From an uncultured Gemmatimonadales bacterium (lineage in GTDB: Bacteria; Gemmatimonadota; Gemmatimonadetes; Gemmatimonadales; GWC2-71-9): 64,000 nt of DNA. Shown here in pieces: positions 7,943 to 17,808 of this stretch. The notes below the pieces were generated by a model. That model was not told the origin of the DNA, ran no database searches, and saw only the letters and a list, made by a program, of their open reading frames with translations. The stretch is taken from assembly GCA_963798915.1 (NCBI GenBank), contig CAWCVB010000005.1, forward strand, positions 345,291 through 409,290. Reading direction: 5' to 3'. Position 1 is the stretch's first letter; every line of letters starts with the position of its first letter. A program made the translations under genes and the position numbers.

Positions 7943-10900
7943 TCAACCGGCCTTGACGTAGTGGACGGCGTCCGGTCCGAGGATCTCGCGCAGCGCGCGC
8001 ACCAGATTCTCATCGGCCTGAACGCGAATACGACGGGCTCGGAGGCGGACAGCCTCCCCATTCCCGTCGCTCCAGTCAATATACAGGGGGGTCGGGCCCG
8101 GGTGGGCCGCGCAGATCGCGCTGGCAGCCCGGACCGAGTCGGTGGGCGGGGCCCCGGTCAGGCGCCATCGGAGGCAGAGCGCCAACGCTCCCGAGCTCTT
8201 GAGCTCTGCCAGGGGCCGAGCCGACTCCACGATGAACGGCGCACGGTCTTCTCCGCGGTCACGGTCACTGTATCCGCCAGTCAGCAGCATCGGGCTGTCG
8301 GCGACGATGACCTGGCTCAGGCGGGCCCAGGCGTCCGGAAAGACGATCGCCTCGGCGGTGCCCTGAAAGTCCTCGAGGACCAGCCGGGCGTATTCCTTCC
8401 CGGTCTTCTTGGAAATCTGCCGTTTTACGACGGTCACGACGGCACCGATCGTCACGGGATGCTCGCTCCATTCGTGCAGCGTGGCGGTGCTGCGTGAGCC
8501 GAACAGCTCGACCTCGCTCCGGAAGCGTTCCAGCGGATGGCCCGAAATGAAGAATCCCAGGACCTCCTTTTCGCGTGCCAGCCGTTCGCCCTCGCTCCAC
8601 GCGGGCACCTCCGGCAGCGCCACTGCGTGGGTGCGGACTGGCTGTGCCTCCCCGAAGAGGGAGGATTGGCCGGCCTCGCGTTCCGCCTGCTTGAGCTGCG
8701 CCTCGGCCAGGACGTGCTCGAGCGCCTCGCTCAGCTGCTTGCGATGGCCGCCCAGCCCGTCGCAGGCCCCGGCGGCGACGAGCGACTCCAGCACCCGCTT
8801 GTTGCACAGACGAATGTCGATCCGCTCGGCAAAATCATCGAGCGAGCGGAAGGGTCGCTCCGCGCGCGCCTCGATGATGGAGCGGATCGCGCCCTCCCCG
8901 ACATTGCGCACGGCGCCCAGGCCGAACCGCACCCGCTGGTCACTGACCACGGTGAACTTGAAACCCGATTCACTCACGTCGGGCGGCAGGATCTCGATGT
9001 CCAGACTGCGGGCCTCGTTGATATACTGGACCACCTTGTCGGTGCTGCCGATTTCCGAGGAGAGCAGTGCCGCCATGAACTCGGCGGGATAGTGAGCCTT
9101 GAGCCACGCCGTCTGGTAGGACAGCACCGAGTACGCGACCGAGTGCGACTTGTTGAAGCCGTAGCGCCCGAACGTCACGATCTGGCGGCCCAGCTCCTCG
9201 ATCATCGGCTTGGGATGCCCCAACGCCGCGGCCCGCTCAACGAAGCTGGCCACCGCTGCGTTGGCCATCTCCTGGTCCTTCTTGCCAACGGCCTTGCGCA
9301 GCACATCGGCTTCGGCCAGGGAGAAGCCGGCCAGCACGTTGGCGATGCGCATCACCTGCTCCTGATAGGTGATGACGCCGAACGTCGGTTCGAGAATCTC
9401 GCGCAGCAGCGGATGCGGATAGCTCACCTGTTCCTGGCCGAGCTTGCGCCGGATGAACACGGTGTGCATTCCGGCATCGAGCGGGCCCGGTCGGAGCAGG
9501 GCGTTGCAGGCGACCAGGTCGTCGAACCGATCACACTTGAGGGCCCGCAGCGTCTCGGTCGCCAGCGCTGACTCGAACTGGAACACTCCGCCTGTGCGGC
9601 CCGCCCGCAGCAGGCTGTAGACCGCCGGGTCGTCGAACGTCAGCGCATCCACATCCACCGCGATGCCGCGCCGCGACCGGATCATCTCCACCGCGTCATG
9701 AATCACGGTCAGCGTCTTCAGGCCGAGCATGTCCATCTTGAGCATGCCGACTTTTTCGAGCGGCCCCATCTCGAACTGAGTGATGATGGAATCCGCGCCA
9801 TTCAGCCCGGCCCCTGCACCACGGGTCGGCGCAGTGCATACCGGCACGTAGTCGGCGAGCGGGCCGGGTGCGATGACGACGCCGGCGGCATGCACTGACA
9901 TGTGCCGGCTGACTCCCTCGATTCGCGCGCTGAGGTCCATCAGGCGCTGATAGGCCGGGTTGCCGCGCACCAGCTCTCGCAGTTCATCGACCCGGCGCAG
10001 CGCCTCCGGAATCGTGAGACTGTAGGCGGGTCCCGACGGGATCAGCTTGGTCAGGCGGTCGGCCTCGCCGGGCGGAATGCGAAGCACCCGTGCCACATCC
10101 TTCACCGCAGCCCGAGCCTTCATGGTGCCGAACGTCACGATCTGCCCGACGCTGTCCCGCCCGTAGCGCTCACGCACATACTCGATCACTTCGCCCCGCC
10201 GCTCGAAGCAGAAATCCACGTCGATGTCCGGCATCGAGACACGTTCCGGATTGAGGAAGCGCTCGAACAGCAGGTCGAACTTCAATGGGCACACATTGGT
10301 AATGCCCAGCGCATAGGCCACCAGCGAGCCGGCCGCCGAGCCTCGGCCCGGTCCGACCGGGATGCCCCGCTCGCGCGCGGCCTGAATGAAGTCCTGGACG
10401 ATCAGGAAGTAGCCGGCGTAGCCTGCGGTCTCGATGACCTGCAGTTCGTACTCCATTCGCTCCTGCACCGGCGCGGGCAGGGGTGTCCCGTAGCGGCGCG
10501 CTGCGCCCTCCAGCGTCAGGTGCCGCAGCAGCGCTTCGTCGCTCTCAAACCCCGCCGGCTTGGGAAAACTGGGGACGAAGTAGCGCTTCTCGAAGTCGAA
10601 CTCGCATCGATCGGCCACGGTCTGGGTGCTGGTGATCGCTTCCGGCTGGTCCCGGAACAGCGCCCGCATCTCGGCTTCACTCTTGACGTACGACTCGGTG
10701 CCGGTGAAGCGGAAGCGCCTGGGGTCGTCGAGGTCGGCGCCGGTGCCGATGGCAAGCAGCACATCGTGACTCTCGGCATCCTCACGGCGGAGGTAATGCG
10801 CATCGTTGGTGGCCACGACGCCAAGCCCGAGATCGCGACTCAAGCTCAACATGCCCTCCGTGACCAGGTCTTCCTCCGGAATACCATGTTTCTGGATCTC

Positions 10901-11422
10901 GAGCCAGAAGTTCTCCGGCCCAAAGACTCCCGACAGCCATTGGGCGGTCTTCCGCGCCTCATCGAACTTCTGCTGGCGCAAGTACAAGGCGATCTCGCCG
11001 GACATGCACGCGGCCAGACACACCAACCCTTCGGAGTGCCGCTCCAGTACCTCACGGTCAATTCGCGGCCGACGGTAGAAGCCCTCCGTGTACCCGATCG
11101 ATGAGAGTCGGACGAGGTTGTGGTATCCGGCCCGGGTTCGGGCGAGGAGGACGAGGTGGCTGTATGCTGCGGGTGCCCAAGTGGGCTTTTCCCGCGCCTG
11201 GCGGGGGCCGAAGGCCAGGTAGGCCTCAAAGCCCAGGATGGGCCGAAGTTGCTGGGCTCGGGCGGCCTCGTAGAACGTCCACGCAGCATGCAAGTTGCCG
11301 TGGTCGGTCACGGCAAGCGAATCCATGCCAAGCCGCCGGGTGTGCGACACCAGGTCGCCGATCCGGTTGGCCCCATCCAGCAGCGAATATTCGCTATGCG
11401 TGTGCAGGTGTACGAATGCCAT
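7943..11422 (-). CDS. dnaE: DNA polymerase III subunit alpha
   Basis: FVHLHTHSEYSLLDG PHP domain, GRGSAAGS, FERFLNPERVSMPDIDVDF, YGFNKSH; start MAFVH at 11422. Confidence 0.97.
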   Translation of the reverse strand: MAFVHLHTHSEYSLLDGANRIGDLVSHTRRLGMDSLAVTDHGNLHAAWTFYEAARAQQLRPILGFEAYLAFGPRQAREKPTWAPAAYSHLVLLARTRAGYHNLVRLSSIGYTEGFYRRPRIDREVLERHSEGLVCLAACMSGEIALYLRQQKFDEARKTAQWLSGVFGPENFWLEIQKHGIPEEDLVTEGMLSLSRDLGLGVVATNDAHYLRREDAESHDVLLAIGTGADLDDPRRFRFTGTESYVKSEAEMRALFRDQPEAITSTQTVADRCEFDFEKRYFVPSFPKPAGFESDEALLRHLTLEGAARRYGTPLPAPVQERMEYELQVIETAGYAGYFLIVQDFIQAARERGIPVGPGRGSAAGSLVAYALGITNVCPLKFDLLFERFLNPERVSMPDIDVDFCFERRGEVIEYVRERYGRDSVGQIVTFGTMKARAAVKDVARVLRIPPGEADRLTKLIPSGPAYSLTIPEALRRVDELRELVRGNPAYQRLMDLSARIEGVSRHMSVHAAGVVIAPGPLADYVPVCTAPTRGAGAGLNGADSIITQFEMGPLEKVGMLKMDMLGLKTLTVIHDAVEMIRSRRGIAVDVDALTFDDPAVYSLLRAGRTGGVFQFESALATETLRALKCDRFDDLVACNALLRPGPLDAGMHTVFIRRKLGQEQVSYPHPLLREILEPTFGVITYQEQVMRIANVLAGFSLAEADVLRKAVGKKDQEMANAAVASFVERAAALGHPKPMIEELGRQIVTFGRYGFNKSHSVAYSVLSYQTAWLKAHYPAEFMAALLSSEIGSTDKVVQYINEARSLDIEILPPDVSESGFKFTVVSDQRVRFGLGAVRNVGEGAIRSIIEARAERPFRSLDDFAERIDIRLCNKRVLESLVAAGACDGLGGHRKQLSEALEHVLAEAQLKQAEREAGQSSLFGEAQPVRTHAVALPEVPAWSEGERLAREKEVLGFFISGHPLERFRSEVELFGSRSTATLHEWSEHPVTIGAVVTVVKRQISKKTGKEYARLVLEDFQGTAEAIVFPDAWARLSQVIVADSPMLLTGGYSDRDRGEDRAPFIVESARPLAELKSSGALALCLRWRLTGAPPTDSVRAASAICAAHPGPTPLYIDWSDGNGEAVRLRARRIRVQADENLVRALREILGPDAVHYVKAG

Positions 11423-11565
11423 GGCGTCTATCGCGGGGAGCGCGCGCGCGTGCCCGCTTCTTGCAACCGGATGGGGCACACCCAGAGCGGCGACAGCCCC
11501 CACATCGGGCCAGTTACATTGTTGCAGAAGTGAACGTGAATTGCAAACTCGTGTCTCACGGCGGG

Positions 11566-11594
11566 AAGGTATCGGCCGTGTCACCGATTGTCAA
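11566..11594 (-). promoter_or_regulatory. Putative sigma70 promoter of the dnaE operon
   Basis: Minus strand TTGACA (11594-11589), 17 nt, TACCTT (11571-11566). Confidence 0.65.
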
Positions 11595-11616
11595 AAACTG
11601 TTGTGATACCTACGCT
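11588..11616 (+). promoter_or_regulatory. Putative sigma70 promoter of the metalloprotease-aminopeptidase genes
   Basis: TTGTCA (11588-11593), 17 nt, TACGCT (11611-11616). Confidence 0.55.
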
Positions 11617-11665
11617 TAATGGTCCTGGCCGTGGTCGGGATGGTGATCTGGAGGCAGATTTGCAC

Positions 11666-13390
11666 ATGCGAAGGCTGGGCACGCTGGCGCTGTTTGTGCT
11701 CGCCATTGGCGCCTGCGGCGGCGACGCAGTCGCACCAAACCCAGGCAACGGGCCGCCCGGCGACAGCACGCCGTCTCCCGGCATCGTCAGCTGTTCCAAC
11801 CCGACGGACATCAGTCTCCCCGTTGGCGGCGCACAGGTCCTGGATCCGGCGAGCAACGGCGGGTGCGTCCGGTTCCCGGCGGCCGCAGCGAACGGGGCCG
11901 AGTATCTCTACTTGGCGGCGGCCACCAATGGGCACGAATCGTCCGCCGGTGTTTCGGTCAGCTACGAGCTGCGTGGAGCGCCAGTCTCGCTGACCGCGTC
12001 GATGGCGAATCCTTCCTCGCCCGTTCCCCAGTCCCTTTCCTTGAGCACGGTACCGCATCGCAACGCTGGCTTCGACGCCATGCTGCGCCAGCGCGAGCGG
12101 AGCCTGGCCCGGAACACGGCGGCGGTCTCGCTGAGTCGGGCCCGCATCAGTGCCAACCTGGTACCCATTCCTCCAGTGGTTGGCAGTCACCGGACGTTCA
12201 AGGTCTGCAAGACCATCGACTGCACCGCCTTCGTGGATGTCGCGGCCACGGCCAGGCATGTCGGACCCAAGGGCGCCATCTACCTGGACGATAGCGTTCC
12301 GTCCGGCGGCTACACGCTGGCCGAGATTGATTCGGTCGGCTTCCTGTTCGACAACTACCTGTATCCAGTGGATACGGTGTCATTTGGGCGGGAGTCGGAC
12401 CTGGACAACAATGGCGTTGTCGCGGTGCTGCTGACCGACCAGGTGAACGCGCTGAGCCCCAACTGCGATGCCGATGGCAGTGTGATTCTGGGTTTCTTCT
12501 ACGGCAATGACCTGCTGCCGTCCAATGTGGGCTCCAACGGCGGTGAGGTATTCTACGGCCTCGTTCCGGACCCGACCAACACCAAGTGCGGTATCTCGCA
12601 CGAGTTCGCCAGCGCGTACCTGGCACCTACGTTCATTCATGAATTCCAGCACATGATCAGCTTCAACCAGCATGTGCTGGTGCGTGGCGGGTTGAGCGAG
12701 GACACCTGGTTGAACGAGGGATTGTCGCATTATGCCGAAGAGCTTGGCAGCCGGAGCATTCCGGATCAATACTGCGTGAACAATGATTGCCTCACCCAGT
12801 TCGCCATCGGCGATCTCCAGAACGCCTACAGTTACCTGGGAGATCCCGAGTCGTTCTTCCTGGTGGAGCCCAGTTCCTCAACGGGGCTGCTCGAGGAACG
12901 CGGTGCCAACTGGCTGTTCGTGCGTTGGCTGGTGGACCAGTTCGGGTCCGATATCATCGGCGCCACCTTCACCCGTTCGCTTGTGGCGACGTCCAAGCTT
13001 GGCGCCGACAACGTAGCGGCTATCACGGGCGTGGCCTTCGCCACGCTGGTGCCACAGTGGCAACTCGCCAACTACCTCGACGACCTGCCGGGCTTCGTGG
13101 CCCAGGACGCCCGGCTTCGATATTCCAGCTGGAATTTCCGGACAACGTTCGATGCGTTCCATCAGCAGAATCCCGGCAGCTTCGCCGCTGGCTACCCGTT
13201 ACTGCCGGACACCATGCTGTCGTCGGCCTATGACCGGAAGGGCACACTTCGGGCCGGTTCGGGGCCGTTCCTTCGGGTGATTCAGCCAGCTCAGGGAGAG
13301 ACGGTCACGGTGCAGTTGACCGACAGTCTGCGTCGCGCGATCGGCGCGAGCACCGCGGCGCCGCGCATCGGCATCGCGCGGATTCGTTGA
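11666..13390 (+). CDS. Lipoprotein zinc metalloprotease (gluzincin; M30/M6-like)
   Basis: IGAC lipobox; HEFQHMI plus WLNEGLSHYAEE; GGAGG SD upstream of ATG 11666. Confidence 0.82.
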   Translation: MRRLGTLALFVLAIGACGGDAVAPNPGNGPPGDSTPSPGIVSCSNPTDISLPVGGAQVLDPASNGGCVRFPAAAANGAEYLYLAAATNGHESSAGVSVSYELRGAPVSLTASMANPSSPVPQSLSLSTVPHRNAGFDAMLRQRERSLARNTAAVSLSRARISANLVPIPPVVGSHRTFKVCKTIDCTAFVDVAATARHVGPKGAIYLDDSVPSGGYTLAEIDSVGFLFDNYLYPVDTVSFGRESDLDNNGVVAVLLTDQVNALSPNCDADGSVILGFFYGNDLLPSNVGSNGGEVFYGLVPDPTNTKCGISHEFASAYLAPTFIHEFQHMISFNQHVLVRGGLSEDTWLNEGLSHYAEELGSRSIPDQYCVNNDCLTQFAIGDLQNAYSYLGDPESFFLVEPSSSTGLLEERGANWLFVRWLVDQFGSDIIGATFTRSLVATSKLGADNVAAITGVAFATLVPQWQLANYLDDLPGFVAQDARLRYSSWNFRTTFDAFHQQNPGSFAAGYPLLPDTMLSSAYDRKGTLRAGSGPFLRVIQPAQGETVTVQLTDSLRRAIGASTAAPRIGIARIR

Positions 13391-13394
13391 GCAG

Positions 13395-14480
13395 GTGCGC
13401 AGGCGGCGGCGCATGATCTTTCTCGTGATCGTGGGAGCCCTCGTCGCCGGTGCGAGCACGGCGTACGTCGCCAGCGACGATGTCCGCTATGTGACCCGCG
13501 CCGGGTTTGAGGAAATCCGTATCCTGCAGGCGCGCGAACCCATTGCGCGCCTGGTGGCCGATTCGGCGACGCCGCCGGAATTACGCGCCTCCCTCCGGCT
13601 CGTTCTCGATGCCAGGGACTATGCCGATTCCCTGGGGTTGGAGGCGGCGCGGACCTACACGACCTATGCCGATGTCGGCCGGGACACACTGTTGCTGGTG
13701 CTGCAGGCCGCGCCTCCCGACTGTATCTGTCCCTACACCTGGAAGTGGCCCATTGTCGGACGGATGCCCTACAAGGGGTTCTTCGACCCGGCATCGGCGA
13801 AAAGGGAAACCGAGCGGCTGGCCGGGCGCGGCTATGACACGTACCTCCGGCCGTCGGGCGCGTTTTCCACGCTGGGATGGTTTGAGGACCCGCTGCTGTC
13901 CACGGCACTCTCAGCCGACTCGATGGAGCTCGTGGCAACAGTCTTCCATGAAATCGCTCACAATTCGCTCTATGTGCCCAGCGCGACCCCATTCAACGAG
14001 AGTTTTGCCCAGCTGGTTGGCTACCGGGCGGCCGAGCGCTTTTTCCGGGAGCGAGGCGACACGCTCGACGCCCGCCGGGCCGCTGACCGCTGGCACGATG
14101 AGCAACTGCTGGGAGCGTTCTACACCGAGCTGACCGATCGGCTGGACCGGTTCTATGCCGGGGCGCCGGACTCGGCGGCGCTCGACTCAGGCCGGCTGGC
14201 GGAGGGCCGGTGGGCTCGCAGCCAACTGGAGGGACCGCTGGCGGATTCCCTCCGGACCTATCGGGTTGGCGCGCTTCCCGAGCGACCGGTCAACAATGCA
14301 CGCCTCATTGGCGCCACGATCTACCGTTCGCACCTTGACTGGTTCGAGGCGTACTTCAGGCGGCATGACACCGACATTACCAAGACGGTCGCCGCGCTTC
14401 GTTCGCTCATGAAGGATGCGGATGGAGATGAGGCCTTTCGCCGCCTGGAGCACGCAGTGGTGGACCCCGCGCCGTCGTAA
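13395..14480 (+). CDS. Putative aminopeptidase (zinc-dependent)
   Basis: W.WPIVGRMPYKGFF, AFSTLGWFEDPL, HEIAH...FNESFA, NNA motifs. Confidence 0.88.
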   Translation: MRRRRRMIFLVIVGALVAGASTAYVASDDVRYVTRAGFEEIRILQAREPIARLVADSATPPELRASLRLVLDARDYADSLGLEAARTYTTYADVGRDTLLLVLQAAPPDCICPYTWKWPIVGRMPYKGFFDPASAKRETERLAGRGYDTYLRPSGAFSTLGWFEDPLLSTALSADSMELVATVFHEIAHNSLYVPSATPFNESFAQLVGYRAAERFFRERGDTLDARRAADRWHDEQLLGAFYTELTDRLDRFYAGAPDSAALDSGRLAEGRWARSQLEGPLADSLRTYRVGALPERPVNNARLIGATIYRSHLDWFEAYFRRHDTDITKTVAALRSLMKDADGDEAFRRLEHAVVDPAPS

Positions 14481-14501
14481 GGGCAGGCCGAGGCCTCTGA
14501 T

Positions 14502-14540
14502 ACGCAAATGCCCCGGCGAGCGGCCGGGGCATTATTGCGT
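14502..14540. terminator. Bidirectional terminator hairpin
   Basis: ACGCAA-ATGCCCCGGC-gagcg-GCCGGGGCAT-ta-TTGCGT between convergent genes. Confidence 0.75.
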
Positions 14541-14556
14541 CAGGAATCCACGAGGG

Positions 14557-15081
14557 TTACTGCGGGGGGCTCGTGGTGGTGGCCGGCGTGCTGTCCGTCC
14601 GCCCATTCGGGTCAACCACCGGGTTGTTGCCAGGGGTCGCAGGTGAAGCCGGCGTCGCCGGGCTCGCCGGGGTGGCAGGCGTCACTGTGGGATCGACCGA
14701 CGACGATGGCGGCGTGGCGGGGGTAACGGCGTTCGTGCCAGGCGCCGACTGTGGCGTGGCAGCCGTGGTGTCGCGATCCGGCGTGCCAGTGGAGGGATAG
14801 TCACGCTTGTCCCGCTTTTCCATCTTCGTCTGGAAGTCAGGATTGGCCGCGTTCACACTGTCGCACATGGTGCGCAGGGAGTCGGTCACGGCGGGAGCTG
14901 GCGCGGCCATGTTCGAGTTGTCCCGTGCACTGTCCCGCTCGGCGAGCGAAAGGCACTGCTTCTGCAGGGTCTTGGAATTCACCTTGGGTTTGCCTGAATC
15001 CTGCGCCTGCGCCGAACCAGCGCCGATTGCAAGCAGACCCAGGACCAATCCGGTGGAAAGAAGTGGGATTCGGTGTCTCAT
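14557..15081 (-). CDS. Secreted hypothetical protein with Pro/Ala/Thr/Ser-rich repeats
   Basis: Signal peptide ending AQA-Q, two Cys, PATPASPATPASPATP repeat; GAGG SD upstream. Confidence 0.7.
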   Translation of the reverse strand: MRHRIPLLSTGLVLGLLAIGAGSAQAQDSGKPKVNSKTLQKQCLSLAERDSARDNSNMAAPAPAVTDSLRTMCDSVNAANPDFQTKMEKRDKRDYPSTGTPDRDTTAATPQSAPGTNAVTPATPPSSSVDPTVTPATPASPATPASPATPGNNPVVDPNGRTDSTPATTTSPPQ

Positions 15082-15300
15082 AACGTTACGCCTCTTTTGC
15101 GGTAGAGCGCTTGGAGCTGGTCCGGAGTCACGTTCGGCACCAGCCGCGAGGCCATAGTTTAGCGATCTGCTCCCGTTCGCTCTGTGAGTCCGCTCACCAC
15201 CGCGCGTTTCGCCACGTCACGTCGGACGGTGCGCTGGTGACTGGCTCTCATTAAGCTTTTGGGGTTTGGCTGCGAGATTCGTCCCTAACCAGGTGATCGC

Positions 15301-16671
15301 ATGGACAGTGGCTTCGTGCAGGACAACCGCGAGCGCATGCTCCGGGAACTTACGGACTTTCTGGCCATCCCGAGCGTCAGCGCGTTGCCTGAGCATGCCG
15401 GAGATTGCCGTCGTGCGGCGGAATGGCTCGTGGCCGAGTTTCGGCGGCTCGGATTTCCGGTCGCCCAGCTGCTGGAGGGGCGAGGCCACCCGGTCGTCTG
15501 GGCGGAGGGACCGGCCGCGCCGGGTCGCCCGACGCTGCTCATCTACGGCCACTATGACGTGCAACCGGCCGATCCGCTGGACGAATGGGTGACGCCACCC
15601 TTCGACGCGACCGTTCGGGATGACAAGCTCTATGCCCGTGGTGCCGCTGACGACAAGGGACAGGTCTACTGCCTGCTCAAGGCATGGGAAGCGGCTTGCG
15701 CGGAGAGCAGCGGGCCGCCGCTGAACATTCGCTTGGTGATCGAGGGCGAGGAGGAGTGCGGCGGCGAGGTGGTCGCGGAAGTGCTCGCCGAGGAGCCGGA
15801 ACGACTTGCGGCCGATGCGGTGCTGGTTTGTGACATGGCGTATTATGCCCGCGGGTGGCCAGCGGTCTACACCGCCTTGCGGGGGATCTGCTATGCAGAG
15901 ATCCATCTGCGAACGCTGCGGCGCGATCTGCACTCGGGGAGCTATGGCGGGGTTGCTCCCAATGCGCTCGAAACCCTGGTACGGATCCTGGCGCAATTGA
16001 AGGACGCGGACGGCACCATCCGCATTCCGGGCCTCTACGAAGCCGTCAAGCCGCCATCGAAAGCGGAGCTGGACGCCTGGGCAGCCCTGCCCTTGAATGC
16101 CGACCGGTATCTGCGGGATGAACTGACCGCCAAGGCACTAACAGGACTGCCTGGCCGTTCCGTGCTTGAAAAGACCTGGGCACTGCCCACCTTCGAGGTT
16201 CATGGGATTCGCGGCGGCTTTGTCGGTGAGGGAGCCAAGACCGTGATACCTGCGGCGGCGCTCGCGAAGGTCAGCCTGAGGCTGGTGCCGGGCCAGACGC
16301 TCGACACCGTGCTGGCGGGGCTTCGAAGCGCAGTTCAGGCCCTCACGCCGGGCTGGGCGGACGTGGAGGTCCGGCTGATTCACGGTGCCGATCCGGTGCA
16401 GATCGACGTCTCGAATCCGGTGTTCGAACTGCTGGACCAGGCATTCCGGGAGAAAGTTGGCCGGGGTACGGTGATGGTGCGTTCTGGCGGCAGCATACCC
16501 ATCGTGTCAGTGCTGGGCTCGCGCGGGACTCCGGTGGTGCTCTCCGGCATCGGATTGCCGGACGATGGCCTTCATTCGCCCAACGAGAAGCTCGACCTGC
16601 AGCAGTTGTGGGATGGGGTGGACATCTTTGCGAACTTCTTCCAGTTGTTCCGCGATGCTCAGGCTGGGTGA
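15301..16671 (+). CDS. M20 family dipeptidase
   Basis: IYGHYDVQP, ARGAADDKGQ, IEGEEE, DLHSGSYGG, LHSPNEK. Confidence 0.93.
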   Translation: MDSGFVQDNRERMLRELTDFLAIPSVSALPEHAGDCRRAAEWLVAEFRRLGFPVAQLLEGRGHPVVWAEGPAAPGRPTLLIYGHYDVQPADPLDEWVTPPFDATVRDDKLYARGAADDKGQVYCLLKAWEAACAESSGPPLNIRLVIEGEEECGGEVVAEVLAEEPERLAADAVLVCDMAYYARGWPAVYTALRGICYAEIHLRTLRRDLHSGSYGGVAPNALETLVRILAQLKDADGTIRIPGLYEAVKPPSKAELDAWAALPLNADRYLRDELTAKALTGLPGRSVLEKTWALPTFEVHGIRGGFVGEGAKTVIPAAALAKVSLRLVPGQTLDTVLAGLRSAVQALTPGWADVEVRLIHGADPVQIDVSNPVFELLDQAFREKVGRGTVMVRSGGSIPIVSVLGSRGTPVVLSGIGLPDDGLHSPNEKLDLQQLWDGVDIFANFFQLFRDAQAG

Positions 16672-16710
16672 GGGAGCCGACGTTACCACGCGGACCCAGG
16701 CAGCCGCTGC

Positions 16711-17256
16711 TCAGCGTTCCTCTGGCGGAATGGCAGGGCGGGGAACTCCGCCCGAATAACGGGCCTCGGTGCGGGCTTGCAGTTCGTCCACGCCGATCAG
16801 TGCGCGCGCCGACGCAATTATCCCTGCGACCACGTCGTCGGCCCAGTAGGGATCTGGACGCTCGGCTTCGGGAAGTGCCTCGGCGCACCGCTCCAGATAC
16901 CGAATGGCCGTCTCGATCCATTCGCTCTGGGCCGATGCCACCAGCGACCAGGAGCCCGTTGAACGCAGCTCCATCTCGGCCAGCGCCGCCAGGTGCGGCC
17001 GGATATCGCGGGAGACCTCGGCTGAACGCAGCCGCTCCGCCACCTGCGCCAGCACTTCCTTCCGCTCACTCTCCTGCGGCTCGGGCAAGGGGGCGAGGTA
17101 GTGCCGCTGGTCCGCCACCATTTCAGCCAGGCGAATGCACACCGCACGGATGGCCGGCTCCAGCGCCGCCGGGGCCTCTGCCGCCCAGCGCCGGGCCGCC
17201 CGCAGGATATCCTGCACCCGTTGGTCGGGCGTGCCCGGCCTGGTGTCGTCAACCAT
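16711..17256 (-). CDS. Hypothetical all-alpha protein
   Basis: Ala/Glu/Arg-rich helical ORF with genome-typical codon use; start uncertain. Confidence 0.55.
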   Translation of the reverse strand: MVDDTRPGTPDQRVQDILRAARRWAAEAPAALEPAIRAVCIRLAEMVADQRHYLAPLPEPQESERKEVLAQVAERLRSAEVSRDIRPHLAALAEMELRSTGSWSLVASAQSEWIETAIRYLERCAEALPEAERPDPYWADDVVAGIIASARALIGVDELQARTEARYSGGVPRPAIPPEER

Positions 17257-17345
17257 GGTTCGGAGAATGGCGGAGTCGTGCCGCCAAATCAACCGGTGCC
17301 GACAGGGCAGGAATTCAACGACGGAGGTGGGCGGCGCGCGGTTGA

Positions 17346-17807
17346 TCAGATGGCGAGCCGCCGGACAGTTCGGCCGAGGAGCAGCGCACCAAGCAGGCAC
17401 AGCGCGGCAAAGCCAACCAGCCCTGCCGGGCCCAGCAGCGCCCGCACCGGCAGCGCCAGCAGCATGCTGATGACCGTGGCGAAGGCGCTGACCGTGGCCA
17501 GCATGCCACGACGGAACCAGTTGCCGAGGGGAGCGAGCACGAGCCAGGTGGTGAGTGCCGCTCCGGCGAGCCCTGCCATGGTTCCGCCCGCAATCAGCAG
17601 CACGGCGGTGCTCTCGCTGGGGGTCATCCGGACCTGGAATGCGAGCACGGCGAGCATCGCAAGGACGACGATGGCGGTACCGGCCAGTGTCCCCATGGCC
17701 GTGCCGCGGAGGGCGAGTTGCACCAGCCGCCTGACGGCCGCATCGGCCTCGTGCTGAGCGACCCCGGCGTCTGGCTCCGGCGCCGCCTGCTCCTCGAACG
17801 ACGCCAT
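17346..17807 (-). CDS. Hypothetical membrane protein (about 4 TM)
   Basis: Four hydrophobic segments; starts 1 nt after the lpdA stop. Confidence 0.7.
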   Translation of the reverse strand: MASFEEQAAPEPDAGVAQHEADAAVRRLVQLALRGTAMGTLAGTAIVVLAMLAVLAFQVRMTPSESTAVLLIAGGTMAGLAGAALTTWLVLAPLGNWFRRGMLATVSAFATVISMLLALPVRALLGPAGLVGFAALCLLGALLLGRTVRRLAI

Positions 17808-17808
17808 G

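Noticed and set aside
11527..11541. GAAG-N7-GAAT as a LexA (GAAC-N7-GAAC) box upstream of dnaE
   Set aside because: Both half-sites mismatch, and this dnaE is the replicative type without imuAB.
7943..11584. Extended N-termini from the ORF track (dnaE, pdhB, oppA, kinase, mscL and others)
   Set aside because: Family motifs, SD positions and gene overlaps support the downstream starts used here.
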